This document shows, piece by piece, positions 12,401 through 22,645 of a stretch of 64,000 bases of DNA. The notes below the pieces were generated by a model, which saw only the letters and a program-made list of their open reading frames with translations, was not told where the DNA came from and searched no databases. The DNA is taken from positions 496,001-560,000 of the forward strand of contig NIVC01000201.1 in NCBI GenBank assembly GCA_002269645.1, given 5' to 3'. Made by a program: the position numbers and the translations under genes. Position 1 is the stretch's first letter, and every line of letters starts with the position of its first letter. Source of the DNA: Macrostomum lignano. Taxonomy: Eukaryota.

Positions 12401-15400
12401 AGCAAAAATGGGCGAGCCTGGATCTTACTTCGGATTTCGAAGAGCTCCATAGCAAACCAAGCACCATAGACAGACATTGAAGGAGCAAAAATGGCCGAGC
12501 CTGGATCTTACTTCGGATTTCGAAGAGCTCCATAGCAAACCAAGCACCATAGACAGACATTGAAGGAGCAAAAATGGCCGAGCCTGGATCTTACTTCGGA
12601 TTTCGCATTTCTTCTGATTACGAAGCAGATTGGCACGTCAGTGCTCAAGCGAGATTTGGAGGCCTCAAGACAGAAGTGCATTCAGTGGGTGAACCATTTA
12701 TACTCTATTTTACATCAAGAGGTGTATAGAGCTGTTCGACATCTTTGTCTGCATGACAACCAACTGGCCTCTCTCTTCATTTCAGTGAACATTTTCTCTG
12801 TTTATTGCTGAAATTCCACTCTTGAATTGATCGGAGGTCGCAGCTATGGCAAAATTGAGTGCAGTTTTCGGAGATTAGTCTATGGCCAAAGCTGGGGTCA
12901 AAACGGGACTTAGATAGGCATGACTTTCTGCAGGCAAAATTGAGTGCAGTTTTCGGAGATTAGTCTATGGCCCAAGCTGGGGTCAAAACGGGACTTAGAT
13001 AGGCACGAATTTCTGCAGGCAAAATTGAGTGCAGTTTTCGGAGATTAGTCTATGGCCAAAGCTGGGGTCAAAACGGGACTTAGATAGGCACGAATTTCTG
13101 CAGGCAAAATTGAGTGCAGTTTTCGGAGATTAGTCTATGGCCCAAGCTGGGGTCAAAACGGGACTTAGATAGGCACGAATTTCTGCAGGCAAAATTGAGT
13201 GCAGTTTTCGGAGATTAGTCTATGGCCAAAGCTGGGGTCAAAACGGGACTTAGATAGGCACGAATTTCTGCAGGCAAAATTGAGTGCAGTTTAGGCAAAC
13301 TGAATCGCAAAAAGGTAAAAAAATCCTAATTTACATTCAGTACAAAGCAGCATTGCTGCAATCCATTTCCAGTTGCAGACTTTATCCATGGTCGAAATGC
13401 AAGAGCCGAGTGTTTGAGATGTAAACAAATATGCAACGCAAAATTCGTTCCTGAAACCCAAAATTTAGCATAAGGTAAATAAATAAGCAAACAAGGCAAC
13501 GGACTCCAACCTGATAGTGCAGAATGATCACCCAGACCAGGCCCAGAGTCAGTTTGGGATTGCCGTCCACAATGTCATCCGGACGAATGTTCACTATTCG
13601 AGCCTGCAGTGGCGTCATGAAAGTACACGATGCACTAATGCCGCTGCTCGAATAAAAAATCAATAAAATAAATCTGCCTTACCCCATCAAATTGAAGAAA
13701 CTGCAGCGCGATTTCCACATTTTGCAGATAGTGAAACCGCAGGTGGCCCCGCTCGACTGGCTGCATTGGAAAGGGAGGGGGGAGGCTGCGTCGGATTCTA
13801 AAAGTGCAAAGCAACAGCCTAAGCTCGGTAGGTACTGTAGTCTATGCAATATAGCCTTCACATGTAGATTCCATAATAAATTCTGACTATTTTCAAATCT
13901 TTTAATTTAATGGATCAGATTGATTTTCTAAATCCCCAATAAATCCAGGTGATTTCTCAAATCCCCAATAAATCCAGGTGATTTCTCAAATCCCCAATAA
14001 ATCCAGGTGGTTTCCCGAATTCACAATAAATCTAGATGATTTTCCAAATCCCCAAATAAAGCCTGGTGGTTTGCCCAATCCCCAAATAAATCCAGGTGAT
14101 TTCTCAAATCCCTAATAAATCCAGGTGATTTCTCAAATCCCTAATAAATCCAGGTGATTTCCCAAATCCCCAAATAAATCCAGGTGATTTCCCAAATCCC
14201 CAATTAAATCCAGGTGATTTCCCAAATCCCCAATTAAATCCAGGTGATTTCTCAAATCCCCAATTAAATCCAGGTGATTTCTCAAATCCCCTATTAAATC
14301 CAGGTGATTTCTCAAATCCCCAATTAAATCCAGGTGATTTCTCAAATCCCCAATTAAGTCCAGGTGATTTCTCAAATCCCCAATTAAATCCAGGTGATTT
14401 CTCAAATCCCCAATTAAGTCCAGGTGATTTCTCAAATCCCCAATTAAATCCAGGTGATTTCTCAAATCCCCTATTAAATCCAGGTGATTTCTCAAATCCC
14501 CAATTAAGTCCAGGTGATTTCTCAAATCCCCAATTAAATCCAGGTGATTTCTCAAATCCCCAAATAAATCCTGGTATTTCCCAAATCCCCAAATAAATCC
14601 AGATGATTTTCTAAATCCCAATTAAATCCAGGTGTTTCTTAGATCCTCGATTAAATCCAGGTGATTTCTCAAATCCCCAATTAAATCCAGGTGTTTCTTA
14701 AATCCCCAATTAAATCCAGGTGTTTCTTAAATCCCCAATTAAATCCAGGTGATTTCTCAAATCCCCAATTAAATCCAGGTGTTTCTTAAATCCCCAATTA
14801 AATCCAGGTGATTTCTCAAATCCCCAATTAAGTCCAGGTGATTTCTCAAATCCCCAATTAAGTCCAGGTGATTTCTCAAATCCCCAATTAAGTCCAGGTG
14901 ATTTCTCAAATCCCCAATTAAATCCAGGTGATTTCTCAAATCTCCAAATAAATCCAGATGATTTTCTAAATCCCAATTAAATCCAGGTGTTTCTTAGATC
15001 CTCGATTAAATCCAGGTGTTTCTTAAATCCCCAATTAAATCCAGGTGATTTCTCAAATCCCCAAATAAATCCAGGTGATTTCCCAAACCCCACAATAAAC
15101 CCGCACAGGTCCCCAGAGCGGTGCCTCACCAGCACGTGGCCAGACAGAACTTCCAGCAGGGTAATTAGCGCAAACCCATTGCGCAAGTCTTGGAAAAGAT
15201 CCGAAATTCTTGTAGATTTCTGAAAACAAAAGAGGCATCCGATTCGGTTGGAATTCAGTTTTTTTTCAATTGGTGGAGAAAAATAGGTGGTGTCGGATTT
15301 CCATCCTCCAAATATTTGTACTTTCTATTACCTTGTACTTTTTAGTTAGCCGTCTCCCTTTGTCTACCATGCCTTTCCCACAGACTATCGTAACCGTTCA

Positions 15401-18400
15401 TTTACCTCAGACAATTTGGCTGGCCTGTTCATCATTGTTAGTATAAATACAACTTCAACCCGCGGCTTGGCCCCTCACTTCTTTCACCTGCTTCTTTTCT
15501 GCCCCCGCAAATCACATATAGCTCGTGTTATTAGTTTATTGTCTATACGACAAATTGGTAGCAGAGCGTACCATGGTCATCACACGATCGACAACTGACC
15601 AATCTGGCGACCAGACCCAGCAGTCCCAGAACGACCACAGCACAGCCCCTGCTGAAGCGACCATTGCCGCGGAACAGCCGCCCGTCGAAGCCAGCGACCC
15701 GCCGCCAGCTGCTTCATCCGCCACGACATCTGCTCCTCCTGCTGCTCCTTCCACGACTCCGATCCCTGCAATAGCTCCCGCTGCCTCCGTCGACGTCAAC
15801 GCCCTCCTGACTGGAACGACTGCGATGATGCAGCAGAATCAGCAGCAGATGCAGCTCATGCAACAGCTCGTGGCTAATACCAATCCTGCCCCGGCATCAG
15901 CGTCGTCGTCGGCCACCAGTGATCGCGATCTGGCCGCTCTCATCCGCTCTACTGTTCTCCAGAAGGTCCGTCTCCCGACATTCGACGGCACCGACCCTGC
16001 CGCATTTCCCGGGTTCTGGGACGCCTTTATCTACCGCGTCGATCAATCCAGCCTCAACGACGTCGACAAGTTCGAGGCACTCCGCGGTCTCCTATCCGGC
16101 CCCGCCCTCAGGAAGCTGGGCGCCCTCAATGCCTACCAACCGAACGCCTACGCCGAGGCCTGCCGTGTCCTCCAGGTCAACTACACCGACACACAGGAGC
16201 AAAAGAACGCCTCCTTCCAGCGTCTCCTCGCCCTTCACTGCAGCTCCGCCTCTGACGTAGACGAGCTTGAGACCTACACCGACGCCCTCCGACTCGCTAC
16301 CGGCCAGCTCCTCCGCCTTGGCGAGCTCGCCTGCACCCTCGATGGCTACGTCTACGCACTCTGGAGCCGCCTCCCGATCGAGCTGCAGAACGAGATCCGC
16401 AACCTTCGTGCTGCCAGCGGGCAGCCTCTCATGCCAACTATGACACAGCTCCAGGGCCACCTCGACTGCAAGCTGAAGACGCTCAGAGCCGCTTCCACTA
16501 CCCCGCCGGCTGCGCCCTTCGCTTCCGCCATCCTGGGCAACGCCAGTTCCCAGCCGCCACAAACCCGCAGCACCGGCAATCGCTTATCGTCGGACGCCTA
16601 TCGACTTGACCCCGCTCCTTGCGCCGACATTACATTGCGCCCAGCCGCGAAGTTAAGTTCCACTGCCAGCCAAGAGCCCAAGAGTTCTTGTCCCTGCAGC
16701 GACGCCAGTCAGCCTATCAGCCCTAACGTTCCCGCCCAAGCGCTTCGACCGACTCTCACAGCCTGCCCGACACCCTTCGGGCCATACTCGACGGCTCCCT
16801 CGATACCACAGCCTCTCGTCTTAACGGCTTCCTCGCAAGTGGTCATTGCGAACACTTTCCCTAACAACGATGGGCTCCACCTCGACCGACTTCTGGACAG
16901 CATGTCCAACCTCGAAGCTCTCGGCACGGCAAAGGATGCTGAAAGGCCCGACGCCAGGAACGACAGACCCCAGGAACGCCTGCCCAACTCCATCATGCGC
17001 GATACCGACGGTCGAATCTCCGTCGACCTGCCATTCGAACCTGGAGCCGAGCTCCTACCTTCCAACTTTGGCCAGGCCTTCGGTCGTGCTCAGGCCACCC
17101 ACCGCCGCCTCAGCCTTCCCGAGCGTGAGGCCTACTATGCCGAGTTCGAGAAGCGCAAGCAAGAAGGTGTCCTGGAACGAGTCAGCCCTGGCCAGGTAGC
17201 TGGCCCAGTCATCCAGACTCTGCCGCACTTCCCAGTCATAAAGGAGAGCTCCAACACGACGAAGATCCGCCCCGTCGTCGACGCTTCTACCAAGACCTCG
17301 CTCGCTGGCGCCACATTCAACGACCTCCAAGAGCCTGGGCCCAACCTACTGACGTCAATGCTTCAAGTCCTTCTAGTTCAACGCGCTCACCAGTTCGGCA
17401 TCTCATCTGACCTCAAGGCCGCCTTCTACCAGATAGGCGTTCACGAACCTCACCGCGACGTCCTCCGCATCATCCTCCCGAAGTACATCACCAAGCCGCT
17501 AGTACAGGGCAACTTCGAGCTCTGGCGCTTCACTCGCATCGTCATGGGCGCCTCTCCCAGAGCGTGGATTCTCCTGGCGGTCCTCCACAAGATCTGCTTG
17601 GACGCAATTAACTCGGGAGATTCCGACCTCACCCAATCAGAGCTCGAGCGCATCATTGGCAGCCTCTATGTCGACAACCTCGTCATCGGCGATGACACCA
17701 AGGAAGATGCTGCCCGTCTCGTCTGCCGGCCCGCCTGCCGGCTCAGCTTCCGGCCCGGCATTGTTACAACCTGACTAAGCAGTTGACCGCTTTCACGAAC
17801 TAAACTCAATGCGCAAATACTCGCTAATTAATCATTCTACTGTTTTTGCCGTTCAAAATCCCCTCTATCTATCGTTACCTGTTGGCCCCCGAGCCTGTCG
17901 GATTTCCATCCTCCAAATATTTGTACTTTCTATTACCTTGTACTTTTTAGTTAGCCGTCTCCCTTTGTCTACCATGCCTTTCCCACAGACTATCGTAACC
18001 GTTCATTTACCTCAGACAATTTGGCTGGCCTGTTCATCATTGTTAGTATAAATACAACTTCAACCCGCGGCTTGGCTCACTTCTTTCACCTGCTTCTTTT
18101 CTGCCCCCGCAAATCACATATAGCTCGTGTTATTAGTTTATTGTCTATACGACAGGTGGAGACTCGACTGAGTCACTATAGTTGCTTTTTCTCTCGGCAG
18201 TCGCGCAGGCAGTGAGAGTAAGTTTTGGTTGCTAGGCAACCGTGCAAATGGTAGGAAGACAATTTATAAAGATTCGCACGCGCCCAGCTAATTAAAATAA
18301 AGTTAAAACTAAGTGAAACCAATTGAAGTGGAAACTGGTACAATTCTGGTCTCAATTGCCTCACCTGTTTCAGCTGCTGATTCACCCATCTGGTAAAGGT

Positions 18401-20634
18401 TCGCTTCTGAATGCAGTCCCTGGCGTCTGGATGAGGGTTGGTTTACTCAATGCTTTATCGAGTTTAGACAGGTACAGAGTGAGATATTGATAGCAGTTGG
18501 TATTGAACATTGAAATCATTAGAGATGTGTTATGCAGCATACAAACTGATTTTTGTACAGTCGATGTTAGAACCAGACAGGTTTGACACATTGCTGTAAA
18601 ACAGTTCAAATCCAGGAGTTTAGTAAAGTGCATTTAAAAATATGATTATTAATGAAATTTACGCAATATTTATTGAGTTATTATTAAGCACTTTTCACGC
18701 TTAATGTTAGGAAACTTTCAAACCCGGAAAGTGCACGAGATAGAATTCATTTACAATAAATGACTACCTTGATTGCTAATTCCCTGTGTTAAACTCTATC
18801 ACCAGTTCGTAGGCGTTAAATTTAAACTTGTAAGAAAGTTATGAAACCTTTACCAGAGAAAAATTTTGGCATTAGCTGGAGACCAGCTGAGATGCTGCTC
18901 TAACACTGTTAGCTTGTCTCTCTCTTGCACACAGCCTCTCTCTCTCTCTCTCACCTGGGCCAGCAGCTTCATCAGGCGCGAGATGAAGCCAGCAGCAGCC
19001 GACAGTTCTACTGCGAGGTGGCAAATGTTTTAACAAAATAATACAAGTAATATTTCATATCCAGCAGTAAATTCAACCCTAGTATTCAATCAAAAAGCCG
19101 ACTATAAAAGTGCATGCGCTTTCAGATGGGAACAAACGAGTGATGCAAAAACTACAGGGGCGCACAGCAACTGCTGAGCATAGCAGGTATTGCAAAATTC
19201 CGCATACTCAAATTTAATTTAGCTTGATTGATAACTACAAGGCCTAGATATAACAGACAACAGTAGGACAAGGTACAGCTAAGACAATAAGCATATTGAG
19301 ATCGAGGTTAAAGTAGAGATGGAGAAAAGTTGATTGATTGATTGATTTTCATTTCCTGTTCAATTTAAGTTCAGCAAAGTACTGCTCTGCTTACATAGGT
19401 AGGAGAAAAAATAAGTACAAATCTAAATATACTTTATATTCTATATATAGGGAAGATATTAAGGCAAACTTCAAAAGTTAAAAAATTAACCGCTAGTTAA
19501 AAAAGACATTTTCCATTATTAAAAATCAACCAATTGAGAACTGATTGCGTCCAGAATACCAGAGATCAGAGCCTCAAATAGTTCGGCGGCTTGCAGCCTG
19601 TGGGGAGAGTGTCAGCTTCTTGATCACTCAAGACGAGAAACTTGAAAATGATTGATGAAGCGTCACGAAGCATGTAAGATGCCTAGAAATCCTAGGAATT
19701 CCTGAGTAATTTAAGTCCTTGGCGTCAGCTTGATTGGCTCTATTGTCTATGGCCGAGGGCAGGCCTGCGGCAGCGAGTTTGGATTCTCCATTCTGACCGA
19801 CTCAATATACCTTTTGCGTTCTATTTGGCTTTTCATTCATTCAAACTAGTGCCAGGACCATTTGTTAAAATCAGTTTAGTAGACAGAGGATGGTGAACGA
19901 ATACGTGACTGGTCGTTTGGAGTTTGACTTTCGCGAGATAAACCAAATTGATAAAGAAAAAAAACAAATTACCTGGCGATTTGAGTTCTTAGTCTAAGGT
20001 GAATATGAGCTCTTTGCAACGCACCAAATCGAACGCAGTAAAAACCAAACAGAAAGCAAAAAAGTGCAAAAGCAAAAAAGATTTTGCTTGGAGTGGGACT
20101 TTCAAACAGGGTAGGAAGTCGAAACGTTTCGACTGTCGAAAGAGGGTCCCGATGAAAACGCTACCCAGGCCAAGTAGCGTCACCAGAGTCACTTGCGTCA
20201 GTCCAAAGTCTTTTCAGAGTCGTTGCAGGTAAAATATGAGTGCTGGAGTCGCTATAGAATCACTGAGTTGCATCTGTGCCATTTCGCATTCAAGAAAATT
20301 AAGCTGTTACTATTCTTGTCGCTTGAGCCACTTTTGAGTTGTTTGCAATGACTCTTTCGCAATTTTTTGTCACGGTAAAATTTTCAACGCAGATGGCACA
20401 CTGTCAATCAGAGTGCGGGAAAAGACAAAGAAAGGGATACAGAAAAACACAACAACAAACATCAAAGCAGAAACGCAACGACTGCTTCTAAAAGCAGAGA
20501 AGATTCTCCTCACCGGCCACCAGAATCACGGCCCTGTCGGCGGCGTCCAGCTTGAGCAGGCTGAGCGGCGCGTAGGACTCGTGCAACCGCGGGTCGGCGC
20601 CAGCCTTGCGCCGGCCGAACAGAAACGAATTCAT
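279..20634 (-). CDS. Spectraplakin (MACF1/dystonin/plectin/Shot-like), N-terminal CH1-CH2 actin-binding domain; gene continues beyond the window start
   Basis: Six GT-AG exons with compatible phases: 20634-20514, 18426-18365, 15219-15130, 13760-13683, 13603-13511, 499-279. They join to [10 protein letters not shown]...[126 protein letters not shown]...[35 protein letters not shown]. The D-x-A-D/E-R-A-V...A-D leader before CH1 is typical of plectin/dystonin/MACF1. Confidence 0.9.
656..3660. repeat. 42/43/46-bp minisatellite, ~70 copies
   Basis: Unit CTGCAGATAT(CATG/CTCAG)GTGTCCCTACACTGCCAATCCTGAGCAG with length variants. Confidence 0.98.
3667..3894 (-). CDS. Putative alternative first coding exon of the spectraplakin (CH1-less isoform)
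   Basis: ATG at 3894 gives 76 codons, [30 protein letters not shown]...[10 protein letters not shown], then a CAG|GTGGTG donor in phase 0 matching the phase-0 acceptor of exon 6. GC-rich unique island inside the CH1/CH2 intron. Confidence 0.55.
6832..7234. repeat. (GAGT)n microsatellite
   Basis: Direct reading. Confidence 0.98.
8027..10722. repeat. 21-bp minisatellite, ~128 copies
   Basis: Unit GAGGCTTACTACACCCAAT(A/C)T with CATGTT and CAGTCT variants. Confidence 0.98.
11804..11945 (-). mobile_element. 3' fragment of an RTE-like non-LTR retrotransposon
   Basis: Minus-strand peptide [17 protein letters not shown] matches TCLLADAGVSASVSGGAF at the 3' end of the RT remnant near 37740; shared nucleotides CCGGC(A/G)TCAGCCAGCAGGCA. 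Confidence 0.6.
11949..12607. repeat. 83-bp tandem repeat, ~8 copies
   Basis: Repeated CCATAGCAAACCAAGCACCATAGACAGAC...; ORF track offsets of exactly 83 bp. Confidence 0.97.
12849..13291. repeat. 85-bp tandem repeat, ~5 copies
   Basis: Repeated GGCAAAATTGAGTGCAGTTTTCGGAGATTAG... Confidence 0.96.
13511..13603 (-). CDS. Spectraplakin exon 5 (end of CH1)
   Basis: [31 protein letters not shown]; 93 nt; flanked by AG and GT. Confidence 0.95.
13683..13760 (-). CDS. Spectraplakin exon 4 (CH1)
   Basis: [26 protein letters not shown]; 78 nt; TGCAG acceptor and GTAAG donor. Confidence 0.93.
13930..15095. repeat. ~30-bp minisatellite filling spectraplakin intron 3
   Basis: Unit AAATCCCCAATTAAATCCAGGTGATTTCTC with 28-31 bp variants. 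Confidence 0.97.
15130..15219 (-). CDS. Spectraplakin exon 3 (CH1)
   Basis: [30 protein letters not shown]; 90 nt; TTTCAG acceptor and GTGAG donor. Confidence 0.95.
15291..18154 (+). mobile_element. BEL/Pao LTR retrotransposon, internally deleted
   Basis: LTRs 15291-15552 and 17896-18154 (TGT...ACA), near-identical apart from a 3-bp indel. 5-bp TSD GGTGG on both sides. PBS TGGTAGCAGAGC (tRNA-iMet-like) just after the 5' LTR. Confidence 0.95.
15573..17774 (+). CDS. BEL/Pao Gag (DUF1759-type) fused to a partial reverse transcriptase
   Basis: LPTFDG...FWDAF...[12 protein letters not shown] Gag motif; [33 protein letters not shown] and LYVDNL Pao RT motifs; no RNase H or integrase. Confidence 0.88.
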   Translation: MVITRSTTDQSGDQTQQSQNDHSTAPAEATIAAEQPPVEASDPPPAASSATTSAPPAAPSTTPIPAIAPAASVDVNALLTGTTAMMQQNQQQMQLMQQLVANTNPAPASASSSATSDRDLAALIRSTVLQKVRLPTFDGTDPAAFPGFWDAFIYRVDQSSLNDVDKFEALRGLLSGPALRKLGALNAYQPNAYAEACRVLQVNYTDTQEQKNASFQRLLALHCSSASDVDELETYTDALRLATGQLLRLGELACTLDGYVYALWSRLPIELQNEIRNLRAASGQPLMPTMTQLQGHLDCKLKTLRAASTTPPAAPFASAILGNASSQPPQTRSTGNRLSSDAYRLDPAPCADITLRPAAKLSSTASQEPKSSCPCSDASQPISPNVPAQALRPTLTACPTPFGPYSTAPSIPQPLVLTASSQVVIANTFPNNDGLHLDRLLDSMSNLEALGTAKDAERPDARNDRPQERLPNSIMRDTDGRISVDLPFEPGAELLPSNFGQAFGRAQATHRRLSLPEREAYYAEFEKRKQEGVLERVSPGQVAGPVIQTLPHFPVIKESSNTTKIRPVVDASTKTSLAGATFNDLQEPGPNLLTSMLQVLLVQRAHQFGISSDLKAAFYQIGVHEPHRDVLRIILPKYITKPLVQGNFELWRFTRIVMGASPRAWILLAVLHKICLDAINSGDSDLTQSELERIIGSLYVDNLVIGDDTKEDAARLVCRPACRLSFRPGIVTT
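18365..18426 (-). CDS. Spectraplakin exon 2 (first helix of CH1)
   Basis: (D)[20 protein letters not shown]; 62 nt; phase 1 to 0; GTGAG donor. Confidence 0.95.
20148..20230 (+). repeat. Short copy of the dispersed repeat also found at 53386
   Basis: CCCGATGAAAACG(C/G)TACCCAGGCCAAG(T/A)AGCGTC..CCAGAGTCACTTGCGTC shared with 53386-53440. Confidence 0.65.
20514..20634 (-). CDS. Spectraplakin first coding exon
   Basis: ATG at 20634; 40 codons plus 1 nt ending [12 protein letters not shown](G)|GTGAG; phase 1 matches exon 2. Confidence 0.85.
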
Positions 20635-21444
20635 GCCGGCAAAAGCTGCTCCCGGAGGATGCTTAGGAAGACAAAATTTTCATTTGTAGAATTGGTGATG
20701 AAGAGTTTCTCCCACGCGGCAAGATTTAGGTCTGCTGCGAGGCGTCAATAAAAAAGGCGTTTGATTGCCTCGCTGAAAGCAGAGTAGAGACCAACCTTTA
20801 TTTATTCCTAAAAAAGAAACAAGTCGTCTGGACAGCACGAAATGAAGCAATGATTGCGAAGTAAAAGCGCACAACAGGGCAGTAACTATCGCATTTTTGG
20901 TTAGAAATCTCTACATTTTTGCCGCTTGGTGGTAGATAAAACTGACTGATAGATAGCCTGAGCAGCGACTTGTTTTCTGACTCAGCTGTTCCTGTCTTAT
21001 CATGGCACAGCAGGCTTGTCTGCCCGGCAGCCACAAGTCAAACTACTGGCAATCATAGTCAATAGTCAAATTAGTTCAATTTCTATAAAAAAATCTATAA
21101 CACTCAATTAAAACAGTGCAAAGGGTAAACTTCTATGTGCAAAATTGTTTTGCTTTTGTTATCTGCGTATCGTAAACACAAACTCTACAGCAATAACTAA
21201 CCAATGCAGAGCTAGCAGTTTCCCAGAAATGCTGCAATGGACATGTTGTGTACAGCCGCAGCCCTTGGCGAATGTCTGCTACTTGACCGCTTGTGATTTG
21301 ACCCCTCACCCATTTATCAGATAGTCTTACAGCCGACTATTAAAAATTTTAATATTAACTTTTGCAATAGTCAACAAAAATAATAATTGTACATGTAGGA
21401 ACATGAACTTTAAATGCTAGAAGCTTGGGGTTGCTAAATTTCTG

Positions 21445-22645
21445 CGGCTCATGGGGGTGGCTGAGATGCTGTGGCTCATGGGGGGTGGCTGAGATGCTGT
21501 GGCTCATGGGGGGTGTCTGAGATGCTGTGGCTCATGGGGGGTGTCTGAGATGCTGTGGCTCATGGGGAGGGGGTGGCTGAGATGCTGTAGCTCATGGGGA
21601 GGGGGTGGCTGAGATGCTGTAGCTCATGGGGAGGGGGTGGCTGAGATGCTGTGGCTCATGGGGAGGGGGTGGCTGAGATGCTGTAGCTCATGGGAGGGGG
21701 TGGCTGAGATGCTGTGGCTCATGGGGTGGCTGAGATGCTGTGGCTCATGGGGTGGCTGAGATGCTGTGGCTCATGGGGTGGCTGAGATGCTGTGGCTCAT
21801 GGGGTGGCTGAGATGCTGTGGCTCATGGGGTGGCTGAGATGCTGTGGCTCATGGGGTGGCTGAGATGCTGTGGCTAATGGGGAGTGGGTGGCTGAGATGC
21901 TGTGGCTCATGGGGTGGCTGAGATGCTGTGGCTCATGGGAGCAGGTGGCTGAGATGCTGTGGCTCATGGGGGGTGGCTGAGATGCTGTGGCTCATGGGAG
22001 CAGGTGGCTGAGATGCTGTGGCTCATGGGGGGTGGCTGAGATGCTGTGGCTCATGGGGGGTGTCTGAGATGCTGTGGCTCATGGGGGGTGTCTGAGATGC
22101 TGTGGCTCATGGGGGGTTGCTGAGATGCTGTGGCTCATGGGGAGGGGGTGGCTGAGATGCTGTAGCTCATGGGGAGGGGGTGGCTGAGATGCTGTGGCTC
22201 ATGGGGAGGGGGTGGCTGAGATGCTGTAGCTCATGGGAGGGGGTGGCTGAGATGCTGTGGCTCATGGGGTGGCTGAGATGCTGTGGCTCATGGGGTGGCT
22301 GAGATGCTGTGGCTCATGGGGTGGCTGAGATGCTGTGGCTCATGGGGTGGCTGAGATGCTGTGGCTCATGGGGTGGCTGAGATGCTGTGGCTCATGGGGT
22401 GGCTGAGATGCTGTGGCTCATGGGGTGGCTGAGATGCTGTGGCTCATGGGGTGGCTGAGATTCTGTGGCTCATGGGGTGGCTGAGATGCTGTGGCTCATG
22501 GGGTGGCTGAGATGCTGTGGCTAATGGGGAGTGGGTGGCTGAGATGCTGTGGCTCATGGGGTGGCTGAGATGCTGTGGCTCATGGGAGCAGGTGGCTGAG
22601 ATGCTGTGGCTAATGGGGAGTGGGTGGCTGAGATACTATGGCTCA
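21445..22645. repeat. 23-29-bp minisatellite (GGCTGAGATGCTGTGGCTCATGGGGT)
   Basis: Direct reading; variable G-run spacer. Confidence 0.96.

Noticed and set aside
12560-12811. Plus-strand ORF ...[10 protein letters not shown]... resembling a CH1 start or nested exon
   Set aside because: Opposite strand to the spectraplakin, resemblance limited to WVN, and no partner exons found.
11949-13291. 83- and 85-bp arrays as possible CRISPR or ncRNA clusters
   Set aside because: Whole units are near-identical with no repeat-spacer alternation and no recognisable RNA fold.
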